Positions 30,221 to 38,916 of a DNA stretch of 64,000 nucleotides are shown one piece after another (within the stretch, counting starts at the first letter, position 1; each line of letters starts with the position of its first letter). The notes beneath the pieces are model-generated. The model ran no database searches and was not told the origin of the DNA. It saw nothing but the letters and a program-made list of their open reading frames with translations. The DNA lies in the IMG/VR virus record IMGVR_UViG_3300033141_006329, positions 124,001 through 188,000 of that record. One strand, written 5' to 3'. The position numbers and the translations under genes are program-made.

Positions 30221-30554
30221 ATGACCCTCCCTTCAATAACTCATTCAAACAATTATAGATATCAACATGTATAACCTCATTATAATTATCCTTCATAATA
30301 TCTAGAACACTTTCAAAATCCTGATAAATCTGTTTCCCTATAATATCTCGTAATTCGCATTGAAAAGAATTAGTCATATAAGAAGGCATTACAAATTTTA
30401 TATAAACCATCATCGAGCAACTACCCCTACTATACCAATGCCGATGTTCCAGATATACGCTCTCTTTATATCTATCTTTTTCATATGTTTGCGATATGAC
30501 TATCTCATCTTTATCATATGCGAACCACATGCCATTATAGAATTTTTCCCACAT
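30207..30554 (-). CDS. Array family protein
   Basis: Ends LNELLKGGSYEQC. Confidence 0.65.
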   Translation of the reverse strand: MWEKFYNGMWFAYDKDEIVISQTYEKDRYKESVYLEHRHWYSRGSCSMMVYIKFVMPSYMTNSFQCELRDIIGKQIYQDFESVLDIMKDNYNEVIHVDIYNCLNELLKGGSYEQC

Positions 30555-30917
30555 TTATCTTCCCCTCTCTAATATATCAAAAAGAAATTTATCTATATCA
30601 ATTTTTATATAAACAGTACTACCTATACAAAGATCATTTAGAACTATATCTATCAATGTGGATTCTAACTTATGTAGTGTATTTGTCTGTATATATTGTT
30701 CTACAATATCCAATAATAGAGGAATGAAATCAGTACCAACTTTCTCAAATATTATAGCAAGTCCTTTACAGTCTGTATATCCCATAGCAATTCCCCAGCC
30801 ACAACAATTAACTCCACATATCACAGCCACCCATATATCATCAATATTTTTATACATACCCACCCCATGCCTACTATCAAATATCCAATCATTTCTGCGA
30901 TATTGTTCTAGATTCAC
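30555..30917 (-). CDS. Array family protein
   Basis: Ends IDIDKFLFDILERGR. Confidence 0.65.
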   Translation of the reverse strand: MNLEQYRRNDWIFDSRHGVGMYKNIDDIWVAVICGVNCCGWGIAMGYTDCKGLAIIFEKVGTDFIPLLLDIVEQYIQTNTLHKLESTLIDIVLNDLCIGSTVYIKIDIDKFLFDILERGR

Positions 30918-31216
30918 AATTCACCTCCCTCAGCCATAAAATTCAAAATACTTTCATCGTCCATAAACAGACCACCACCATCATAATTCATAATATTGTT
31001 GATATTCAAATTCACATCATCTATAGCCTTGCGTAAAATATTTTCAAGTATATACATAAAATCATTGTGATATTCTTCATTCATAAGAAAAACAAAACGT
31101 ACTAAAAACGTAATACCATCAGATATATCCAAACCAGGATAATAACCAGTGAAACAATTCCTCAATCCTATATTTATCTGATATTTTTTATAAGGTGTAT
31201 ATATGTTACTAATCAT
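30914..31216 (-). CDS. Array family protein (YPG subfamily)
   Basis: YPG..I.DGI, M.EEYH..FM.IL and MDDESILN shared with next ORF. Confidence 0.7.
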   Translation of the reverse strand: MISNIYTPYKKYQINIGLRNCFTGYYPGLDISDGITFLVRFVFLMNEEYHNDFMYILENILRKAIDDVNLNINNIMNYDGGGLFMDDESILNFMAEGGEL

Positions 31217-31560
31217 TATAATTTCTCCCAATATCCTTCACTCATTATACAATTTAAAATACTTTCATCATCCATCCACATTTTACACAACTCTTTACTA
31301 TTCATCTCATGGATCAAAATCTTCATATTAATATCTATAGAATTAATAGCTTTTTGTAGAGTTGAATTGAGTATATCCATAAATTCAGGATGATATTCCT
31401 CATCCATATAGAAGACAGGAGTAGCTATAATTTCAATACCATCATCTATATACATTCCAGGATATTCAGGACCAGCACAATCTTTCATACATATGTGTAT
31501 ATTGTATTTGCCATATTTTTTACTTTCGTATTTTTCTATCTCATATTCGTACGATCTCAT
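31216..31560 (-). CDS. Array family protein (YPG subfamily)
   Basis: Tandem paralogue of 30914..31216. Confidence 0.7.
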   Translation of the reverse strand: MRSYEYEIEKYESKKYGKYNIHICMKDCAGPEYPGMYIDDGIEIIATPVFYMDEEYHPEFMDILNSTLQKAINSIDINMKILIHEMNSKELCKMWMDDESILNCIMSEGYWEKL

Positions 31561-32308
31561 TATAATCCTCCTTCTTAGGATACCAATTCCATATAGCTTC
31601 TTCTCCCGATCTCTCAGGCAGATATATACCATCCCTTTTATCCAGCCTAACATATTTACATAAAAAATCAACTACCCATCTTCTATCACCTCTCTTATTT
31701 ATTACCTTATTCCGTTCAACTCGCCATACGGCCCCCTCCACCTCATCAATGGCTCCATGGAATCCATACTTACCTAATCTTACCATTATATCAGCCACAG
31801 ATATAGCCCCACCAACATGAAGGATATGAGGAGTTATGAAATCGAATTGTCCTACTCTTGATTTTAAATCATTAAAAAGAATGCGCTTATAATTGGAAAA
31901 TAAATCAAATGTAACAAATGGTTCATGCGTTAGATTATATCTTGTACTATGAGCTTGTGCTAACCACTCTCCGCAAATCCTCTCATCATTATTAAGAAGC
32001 TCATCAAAGCGAGTTCTATTCCTCTCAACCCAATCAGCAAAAAATCGATGTTGTTTATAATCAGAGCTAACGGCTAAATAACCTGCTCTTATGAGAGGGT
32101 ATATTATTCCATCCTTTTTTGCTACACCGACATTTGTTCCGTCCAATTTTTCCAGGACAGTTATTAAATCATGTTCGTCTCTGGTCTTTTTTATAGCTAT
32201 ATTTCCTTGTCTCTCAGGACAATGATGATCACCGTATCCTGTTCTACTGTTGGGTAGATGCGGAATGTGACCATAACATTTAATTCCTAACGGTTTTTTA
32301 GGTCTCAT
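31541..32308 (-). CDS. ATP-dependent RNA ligase family protein
   Basis: Nucleotidyltransferase motifs EKLDGTN, ICGEW, FVTFD, EGAVWR, CKYVR. Confidence 0.8.
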   Translation of the reverse strand: MRPKKPLGIKCYGHIPHLPNSRTGYGDHHCPERQGNIAIKKTRDEHDLITVLEKLDGTNVGVAKKDGIIYPLIRAGYLAVSSDYKQHRFFADWVERNRTRFDELLNNDERICGEWLAQAHSTRYNLTHEPFVTFDLFSNYKRILFNDLKSRVGQFDFITPHILHVGGAISVADIMVRLGKYGFHGAIDEVEGAVWRVERNKVINKRGDRRWVVDFLCKYVRLDKRDGIYLPERSGEEAIWNWYPKKEDYNEIVRI

Positions 32309-32600
32309 ATTGTTTCCCTTCATACATAAAATCAATATCATGATATTCAAAGTAACTATATTTTTCCAATACATTTAAAAATCCACTCTTATCACCCACA
32401 TCAACCAGAGCCTCAATAAATTCTTCCGCCTCCTTAACATCAAAGTTTTTTAACATACCAATGTGTGTTTCGGTCGTTTCTCTCATATCATGATATATAA
32501 TATAACAACCAGGATGATTACATAAAATAACAGATAATTCCGAATTCTCCTGACACGATACCTTATCTTCCCAATGACTATTGATAATATTTGAGTTCAT
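32298..32600 (-). CDS. Array family protein (PGC...LKNFD subfamily)
   Basis: Ends LEKYSYFEYHDIDFMYEG. Confidence 0.7.
   Translation of the reverse strand: MNSNIINSHWEDKVSCQENSELSVILCNHPGCYIIYHDMRETTETHIGMLKNFDVKEAEEFIEALVDVGDKSGFLNVLEKYSYFEYHDIDFMYEGKQYET
32317..32366. repeat. 50-bp repeat, copy 1 of 3 (others 32610-32659, 33919-33968)
   Basis: CCTTCATACATAAAATCAATATCATGATATTCRAAGTAACTATATTTTTC. Confidence 0.9.
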
Positions 32601-33094
32601 AATTCAACTCCTTCATACATAAAATCAATATCATGATATTCGAAGTAACTATATTTTTCCAATATATATTGAAATCCTCCTCTACTGCACCCATTGATTA
32701 ATATCGTGATAAATTCTTCCGCTTCCTCAACATCAAAGTTTTTAAGTATACAAATATGTCTTTTCCCTGAGTATAAAATATAATGAGTCAATAACCAGCA
32801 ACCAGGATATTTGTTCAAGAAGACAGATAATTCTTTGTTCTCACAATACATTTTGTGAGTTTTCCAACTACCAAATCCTACCGCTTTCATAATAACTTCC
32901 CCCTCATTCATAATAATCTCAAATAACTTCTCATAATCAATATTCACAGAATGCATTTGATAATTAGTATTATTAAAATCATCTCGTTCTATAGTGAACA
33001 TCATCTTTACTGCACCACTACCGACTTTCCAATTTCGAATAACCATATCAAATCTCCCTTCAATAATATCATTAACTAATGTAACATTACACAA
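32597..33094 (-). CDS. Array family protein, apparent in-frame fusion of modules
   Basis: Internal tails DIIEGRFD and IIMNEGEVI precede a PGC...LKNFD module. Confidence 0.6.
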   Translation of the reverse strand: MCNVTLVNDIIEGRFDMVIRNWKVGSGAVKMMFTIERDDFNNTNYQMHSVNIDYEKLFEIIMNEGEVIMKAVGFGSWKTHKMYCENKELSVFLNKYPGCWLLTHYILYSGKRHICILKNFDVEEAEEFITILINGCSRGGFQYILEKYSYFEYHDIDFMYEGVEL

Positions 33095-33476
33095 GTTGAT
33101 ATCCCTTCCCCGAAAACCCTTCTAATAACTCATAGATTTTTATCCTTACTGTATGTGGTGATACAGGATGGTGATCATATATTAGGTTGTCAGTTTCGTA
33201 AGGTTTTAAAGTCTGTTCAGACATTAGAAATATAAGATGCTCGTTAAAAGCTTTGTATTTTTTATCCGATAACAATATATCAAATACCAATACCTTACGA
33301 GGGAGGGTATTATGATTAGTATAAAATCTAATTGTTGGAAATGTGTTATTAACCATCATCCAAATCTCATAATATAAATCCTGTAATACATAAGCACCTA
33401 TAGGGCAATATTTCCATGTTACACCATTAATATTAATACTCTTCTCACAGTTATCAGATCCCGATCGATTAATCAT
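33087..33476 (-). CDS. Array family protein
   Basis: INGVTW; ends IYELLEGFSGKGYQLV. Confidence 0.6.
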   Translation of the reverse strand: MINRSGSDNCEKSININGVTWKYCPIGAYVLQDLYYEIWMMVNNTFPTIRFYTNHNTLPRKVLVFDILLSDKKYKAFNEHLIFLMSEQTLKPYETDNLIYDHHPVSPHTVRIKIYELLEGFSGKGYQLV

Positions 33477-33909
33477 ACTGACATCCTCCCTTATAAAAAA
33501 TATCAAAAAGAATATGTAGAGAAGTATGTGCATTATATACTTTTCTGACCCCAGTAAAATCAAAACGATCTATAGGAAATCTATCAATATGCACTAATGC
33601 ACTTCGGCCTATTTCCAATATTTCCCCATGAAACTTGTCATTAATTGGTTTGAATAATATGGACAATATTGTAGTTCTTGGAGATGGCTCATCTTGATTA
33701 TAACCCCATTTTCTTGTAGGATTTACCTTAGAGATATCCAACATCGATATGAATATATACACTATATGTGGTCTGCATACAATACCTGCCTCTAATGTGT
33801 AACCATTGTATTTTCTCTGATATCTGCCAGAAGTTTTGTTCCATTTTATCTCACCCTCTTTTAAGGTCAGATAAGAATAATCAAATATATCAACATACAA
33901 ACTTTTCAT
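33469..33909 (-). CDS. Array family protein
   Basis: Ends ILFDIFYKGGCQYD. Confidence 0.6.
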   Translation of the reverse strand: MKSLYVDIFDYSYLTLKEGEIKWNKTSGRYQRKYNGYTLEAGIVCRPHIVYIFISMLDISKVNPTRKWGYNQDEPSPRTTILSILFKPINDKFHGEILEIGRSALVHIDRFPIDRFDFTGVRKVYNAHTSLHILFDIFYKGGCQYD

Positions 33910-34880
33910 AATTCAACTCCTTCATACATAAAATCAATATCATGATATTCAAAGTAACTATATTTTTCTAGTGTGCGCATGAATTGTTGTTCACCACCGA
34001 CTGCAAACAATGCTACAACGAAATCCTTTGCTGTTCTGATGTCAAAGTTTTTTAACACAGCAATATTTAAAAGAGATGTTGAACTTAGTCGCTTGGTATA
34101 TGTCAACTCAAAACAGCCAGGATATTTGTATAAATTAATAGATAATACGCGATGGTCGTAACTCGTGCAATTATCATACCACTCATCGCCAAATGCCGTG
34201 CCCCCGACACTCTTAAGCTTTTGAAGTTTACCTTCCTTAGTCAAAGATAATAATTTGGCAAATGTATTTACATCGTACCGACCATTAAACGTTTCTATAT
34301 TTTTTAATTTCGAAAGAGGTTCATAAGGAATATCTAATCTCTTATTGAAATCAACACTAAGATATTCTAAATTTTCTAACTTGCCTAGAGTATTCACAGA
34401 AGTTGCCGCACCACCATACAAATAAAGATGTTTTAACGACCTAAGATTTTTTAAGAAAGACATATCCATAATCTCACCGTTATTTAAAGATAAATATAGC
34501 GATTGTAATTGATTCAATTTCCCAATGTGCGACACACAACCAGAACAATTTGTAATTTTCAAAAAAGTCAGATTTGGAAGTAAAGATAAGAAAGGTTTAT
34601 CCCCTAAATCGAAATTTCTCATGGTGAGAGATTTTAAATTACTTAAAGTATTTATATTACTGAGATCCCATTTATCAATGCAATAATTTGCCCCTGATAT
34701 ACTCAATTCTGTCAGAGATTTAAAATATGGTAATATATTCGATAAATCTCTATTATTGCATAATCCAATGCTATCTATATGTTTCAAATGAATAGGTAGG
34801 ATGGTTCCATTTTTTGATAACCCGTTCTTTTTTCTTATCAACCTTCTTGCACTAAGTCCTTCAATGTTTAAACTCTTCAC
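33906..34880 (-). CDS. Leucine-rich repeat protein fused to array-family module
   Basis: LxxLxxLxL repeats, then YPGC...LKNFD...YHDIDFMYEGVEL. Confidence 0.8.
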   Translation of the reverse strand: MKSLNIEGLSARRLIRKKNGLSKNGTILPIHLKHIDSIGLCNNRDLSNILPYFKSLTELSISGANYCIDKWDLSNINTLSNLKSLTMRNFDLGDKPFLSLLPNLTFLKITNCSGCVSHIGKLNQLQSLYLSLNNGEIMDMSFLKNLRSLKHLYLYGGAATSVNTLGKLENLEYLSVDFNKRLDIPYEPLSKLKNIETFNGRYDVNTFAKLLSLTKEGKLQKLKSVGGTAFGDEWYDNCTSYDHRVLSINLYKYPGCFELTYTKRLSSTSLLNIAVLKNFDIRTAKDFVVALFAVGGEQQFMRTLEKYSYFEYHDIDFMYEGVEL

Positions 34881-35200
34881 AATTCAAATCCTCCCTCATT
34901 CATAATCTCTAATACGTCATATAGATCATAATGATCCCCGTTTTTCCTGTTCATGACATCAACCAAATTCTTTATGCTTCTTGTTTCCATAAATGAGGAT
35001 AATATTTTGGCTAATTCGTTGTCAAATCTTTTCGGCATATTGTAAAAATATAGTTTAAGAAATCTTCCACCCCTACTCAGATATACAAGTCTATGATTTG
35101 AAAATGTAAATGACCCAACCCATAAAGAACTTTTCCGATTATTACTTGATATCATATCAGAATGTTTTCCCACACTGCTTTCCTTCCAAATCAATTTCAT
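34877..35200 (-). CDS. Array family protein
   Basis: Ends LYDVLEIMNEGGFEL. Confidence 0.6.
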   Translation of the reverse strand: MKLIWKESSVGKHSDMISSNNRKSSLWVGSFTFSNHRLVYLSRGGRFLKLYFYNMPKRFDNELAKILSSFMETRSIKNLVDVMNRKNGDHYDLYDVLEIMNEGGFEL

Positions 35201-35565
35201 ACCCAGACTCCCTCAAAATAAAATTGTTGTACAAGATGTTCTACAATACATACAGATATTCTTGTATTTGTTTTAATATTTTTTATTAACTCAAGATTCT
35301 CCTCGATAATTATAAAAGGTTGTAGTATATCCATTATCTCACAGTAGAATATATCATTTCCAATATCAAATAAGAAGTATGCACTAGTACTACCATCATA
35401 ACTTATTCTTGCCCACCATGTTTCAGGGGATATTGTACTTAAAGATATGGTAGCATTTACATTAAATTTAGAATTGGTTCTATATGTAATATAACGTTTC
35501 CTGCTATTGTTATTACTATAAGATTTGATTGTCCATGTTATACCATTTCGTTTGAAACGATTCAT
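35197..35565 (-). CDS. Array family protein (first of array)
   Basis: NGITW...WW..I...FDIGND.F; ends QQFYFEGVWV. Confidence 0.6.
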   Translation of the reverse strand: MNRFKRNGITWTIKSYSNNNSRKRYITYRTNSKFNVNATISLSTISPETWWARISYDGSTSAYFLFDIGNDIFYCEIMDILQPFIIIEENLELIKNIKTNTRISVCIVEHLVQQFYFEGVWV

Positions 35566-35722
35566 AAGGTCTCCCAAAAAAATTAAAACTAATAATCCGT
35601 AATTTCTCATTAAAAGAAATTCCCCGCCACGATAATGACAGGGAAATAATATATTATCACATGATATGATATAAAAGGGCTCTACCCCTGAATAGAACCC
35701 TGATTATAAACAGATTGAAATA

Positions 35723-37516
35723 CTAACCAATCATTTCCATAAATGCATCCAGCGTCACTACAGGCACATTATATTTTATAGCCTTATCAATTTTACCCGA
35801 TGTAAAATCTGAGTCGGGTTTAACTAATAATGATAGAGTCTTAGTAACAGATTTAGAAGGTGACCATCCCCACACCTCTGCTAATTTGTGATAATGCGCT
35901 TTCTTTTTAGGAAATGTTCCTGTAAAACAAATTGTTTTTACTTCCATGTTTATTTCCTCCTTTTTGCGAATTTTTAATATGCTTTTTAACGCATCGATAT
36001 AATTCCCTAATATATTTAAACTCAGGAAAATTTCCCCTGAGCGTTCTATACCAATGCCCTCAATTTCCATTAATTCATCTGTTGACATTTTCCTCAGATC
36101 CGATAAAGAACGAGTTTTGAGGACAGATTCACTCATTCTTATCCCAACGCCCTCAATATTAAGAGAGGCGAGGATTTGCCATTCATATACTCCATTGTCT
36201 ATAACCTTATGTATTTCATCATATAGGTTTTGAGCCGAACTATTTGCAAATCCATCCAGCTCCAAAATATCTTCTTTAGTGAGATTAAAAATATCAATCA
36301 GACTGTTACAGTCCTTATTGTCTATTAATTTTTTCAGGGTGGGTTCTCCTAATCTCTCTATGCCTATACGAACAACAGAATCAGAGAGGCATTGTAATAG
36401 CTTACCAGTACACTCATCGTTACTACATCTCAATACAGGCTCGTCATATATGACTTTTTCACCACAAGCAGGACACATGTCCAGTTTTATCTCAATTCTA
36501 TTCTTGCCTGGAATAACTTTTTGGACATCAGGAATTATATCACCACATCGTTCGACTATGATCTCATCCCCTATATGTATATCGTTATCCAATACATACT
36601 TATAGTTATGAAGATTGACATTAGATACTATGACTCCACTAATCTCTACAGGCTCAACTTTGCCTACGGGGGTAATAACATTCTTTCCCGAACTCCAGAA
36701 TATATCTATCAACTTAGTTCTACCTGTAGGGTTTTTGAATTTTAGTGCCATCTGCCCTTTTGGATGATGAGAGGTTGCGCCTAAAGATTTAGAATATTCC
36801 TCATCATGCAATTTAATGACCAGACCATCTGTGGGATATTTATTCATGATAGCTTTTTGTATCAAAGTATTCCAATCTAATTTGGCCATGTGTTTATATT
36901 TCACAGATAGATTGACATGATTAAATGGAACAAAGGTTAATATTTTTCCTAAAGAATCATCTATATCATCTCTATTAAACAAACCAGCACACGCGTTCCT
37001 AGGAGTCTTATATGCCTCACCATTTTTTCTACAGATCTTATCTCGTATTCGATCAAAATCTTTAAGGGTCATAACAATCTCACCGACAACATATTTGGGA
37101 TTTTCATTGCCCTCAAATTTGATTATTGGTAATTTATCGGATATATTCACACCTATATATCCGTTACCTCTTGTCGATAAAACACCAGCATTAAACTCAC
37201 CAGTTGCTCCATCCAATTTTAATTGAATGTCAAATAATTCATTATCGGTCCTCGCTGTTTTTCCACACCATTCTAATATTTCATTTACAGAATATTTTTT
37301 GGCTAATGATAGCATAGGATTTTTATGTGTAATCTTACCTGCTGGTATGGATACAGGTGTATTAATCTCATTTAATAGAGGATGTTTTGGATCAATTGCT
37401 CGCAACTCTTCTACCAGTACATCATACTCTGAATCAGATATGTTCGAGTCATCATCCTCCCAATATAGGCGATCGTGATAGGTAATTAATCTTTCTAATT
37501 CTTCTTTTCTATTCAT
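35723..37516 (-). CDS. ligA: NAD-dependent DNA ligase
   Basis: ISDSEYD, H..PMLSL.K, KLDG, TRGNG..G, PRNA.AG, DGLVIK, ALKF, R.GDIIP, Zn finger, HhH and BRCT. Confidence 0.95.
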   Translation of the reverse strand: MNRKEELERLITYHDRLYWEDDDSNISDSEYDVLVEELRAIDPKHPLLNEINTPVSIPAGKITHKNPMLSLAKKYSVNEILEWCGKTARTDNELFDIQLKLDGATGEFNAGVLSTRGNGYIGVNISDKLPIIKFEGNENPKYVVGEIVMTLKDFDRIRDKICRKNGEAYKTPRNACAGLFNRDDIDDSLGKILTFVPFNHVNLSVKYKHMAKLDWNTLIQKAIMNKYPTDGLVIKLHDEEYSKSLGATSHHPKGQMALKFKNPTGRTKLIDIFWSSGKNVITPVGKVEPVEISGVIVSNVNLHNYKYVLDNDIHIGDEIIVERCGDIIPDVQKVIPGKNRIEIKLDMCPACGEKVIYDEPVLRCSNDECTGKLLQCLSDSVVRIGIERLGEPTLKKLIDNKDCNSLIDIFNLTKEDILELDGFANSSAQNLYDEIHKVIDNGVYEWQILASLNIEGVGIRMSESVLKTRSLSDLRKMSTDELMEIEGIGIERSGEIFLSLNILGNYIDALKSILKIRKKEEINMEVKTICFTGTFPKKKAHYHKLAEVWGWSPSKSVTKTLSLLVKPDSDFTSGKIDKAIKYNVPVVTLDAFMEMIG

Positions 37517-37528
37517 ATTTTTCTCCTT

Positions 37529-37798
37529 TTAATCAGGGTATTTCCCTTTTTGTATGTCCTCAACACTTCTAGACTTTTCTTTTTCCTTAGCCTCACATTC
37601 TTTTTTAGAACAACCTTTCTTAGCATAGTCGTTGCAATAAAACCCTGCCCCTTTAAAAATTATACCTGTACCACCTGTAATAATCCTTCTTATTTCCTCA
37701 CCACATTTTGGACAAATTGTTAGAGGTTCTTCAACCATTTTTTGGAATATCTCAAATTGGTATCCGCATCCTTCACATTTATAATCATAATTTGGCAT
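37529..37798 (-). CDS. FmdB-family zinc ribbon protein
   Basis: MPNYDYKC..CG..FE......CP.CG......FKG.GFY.NDY. Confidence 0.85.
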   Translation of the reverse strand: MPNYDYKCEGCGYQFEIFQKMVEEPLTICPKCGEEIRRIITGGTGIIFKGAGFYCNDYAKKGCSKKECEAKEKEKSRSVEDIQKGKYPD

Positions 37799-38027
37799 TC
37801 GATTTCTCCTTATTGATAATTGAACCTACAATGGCTCCATATGTAACACAGCATAAACATGCTACTATGAAAGGAAACCAAGGTATGCCATTGTTCTTCG
37901 TGGTACATAGCCACCCAATATATATGGGCGCACCTATAGCAGCAGGTATAAAAAGGTATCTATCCTTTCCTGTAGTTTTGTATTTTCTTGCGGGCCAAAT
38001 AACAATATCCTTTAATTTTTTAAGCAT
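37785..38027 (-). CDS. Small two-TM membrane protein
   Basis: AGGAG RBS before MLKKLKD; two hydrophobic segments. Confidence 0.45.
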   Translation of the reverse strand: MLKKLKDIVIWPARKYKTTGKDRYLFIPAAIGAPIYIGWLCTTKNNGIPWFPFIVACLCCVTYGAIVGSIINKEKSNAKL

Positions 38028-38251
38028 TTTCTTTCTCCTTATTGATAAGATATTTGCACATTTGCGGGTAAAAGAATGCAAATACATACCATATCCCCAT
38101 AAACGAAATGGAAAATAATCTTTCATCAAATATACCAAATATCACAAACACACAAATAGGCGGGACAAAGACAAATATTAAAAATAATAATATCTCTATG
38201 TAAGTGGTTCTGGCCCCTGTAAATTTTCTCCAATACCAAGTAAACATCTTT

Positions 38252-38782
38252 TTAAACATTCTGCTCCTCCTTTATTTTTTGAATATATGGTTTTAATTCC
38301 TCAAACGATACGGGTTTATAATCCCAAACATCTACTCCCACATTTATTACATTTTTTTGAATTTTAAACAGATCGTGTACATGGGCACATATAAAAATCT
38401 TAGATCTGTCAATACAACTCAAGGCAGGATCATGACACAATATTAAATCAATACCATCAATAGTAATTTCTAAACTTGTATGTACACTCCGAAACCCTAT
38501 ATTATTTACATATGAAAAAGGTTTAAGGGTATCATGATTTCCCAATATTAAAATTTTTATTCCTTTTAATTTTCTAATAACCGACTGATAATAATTCATA
38601 TGTTGGTTTGATCTGAGACTTAAATCACCAACAATATAAACAGTATCATCTTTTCCAACGACCTCATTATGATTTTTTATTAAAGCTTTGTCCATCTCTT
38701 CGCTGGTTTTGTATGGGCGATTACAATACAGAATTGCATTGTAATGACCATAGTGTGGATCCGCCGTAAAGTATATACTCAT
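38252..38782 (-). CDS. Calcineurin-like metallophosphoesterase
   Basis: DPHYGH, GD, GNHD, H and HVH motifs; INVGVD. Confidence 0.9.
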   Translation of the reverse strand: MSIYFTADPHYGHYNAILYCNRPYKTSEEMDKALIKNHNEVVGKDDTVYIVGDLSLRSNQHMNYYQSVIRKLKGIKILILGNHDTLKPFSYVNNIGFRSVHTSLEITIDGIDLILCHDPALSCIDRSKIFICAHVHDLFKIQKNVINVGVDVWDYKPVSFEELKPYIQKIKEEQNV

Positions 38783-38870
38783 TATCCTCTCTCCTTTCTT
38801 TAAAAATAAAATTAGCAAACAAGGTTCTTCATTCATAATTTAATATATATAGTTGAACCGCATATTAGGT

Positions 38871-38885
38871 AGGACAAACTATAAA
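38871..38885 (+). promoter_or_regulatory. Putative late promoter motif AGGACAAACTATAAA
   Basis: Motif copy at divergent junction. Confidence 0.7.
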
Positions 38886-38916
38886 GAAAACATTGAATTA
38901 GGAGGGTATATGTATT

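Larger units (their letters stand above)
18957..35565 (-). other. Array of about 40 small paralogous ORFs with shared C-terminal helix-EGG tail
   Basis: Overlapping or abutting 100-150 aa ORFs ending LLEEGAEL, IFEGGCNEL, FMEEGYNIL, IMNEGGFEL etc. Confidence 0.8.

Noticed and set aside
18957-35565. Integron cassette array
   Set aside because: Genes overlap with no room for attC sites, no GTTRRRY palindromes seen, no integrase
35600-35722. tRNA or other ncRNA in the gap between ligA and the array
   Set aside because: Only weak imperfect hairpins; no cloverleaf or T-loop consensus
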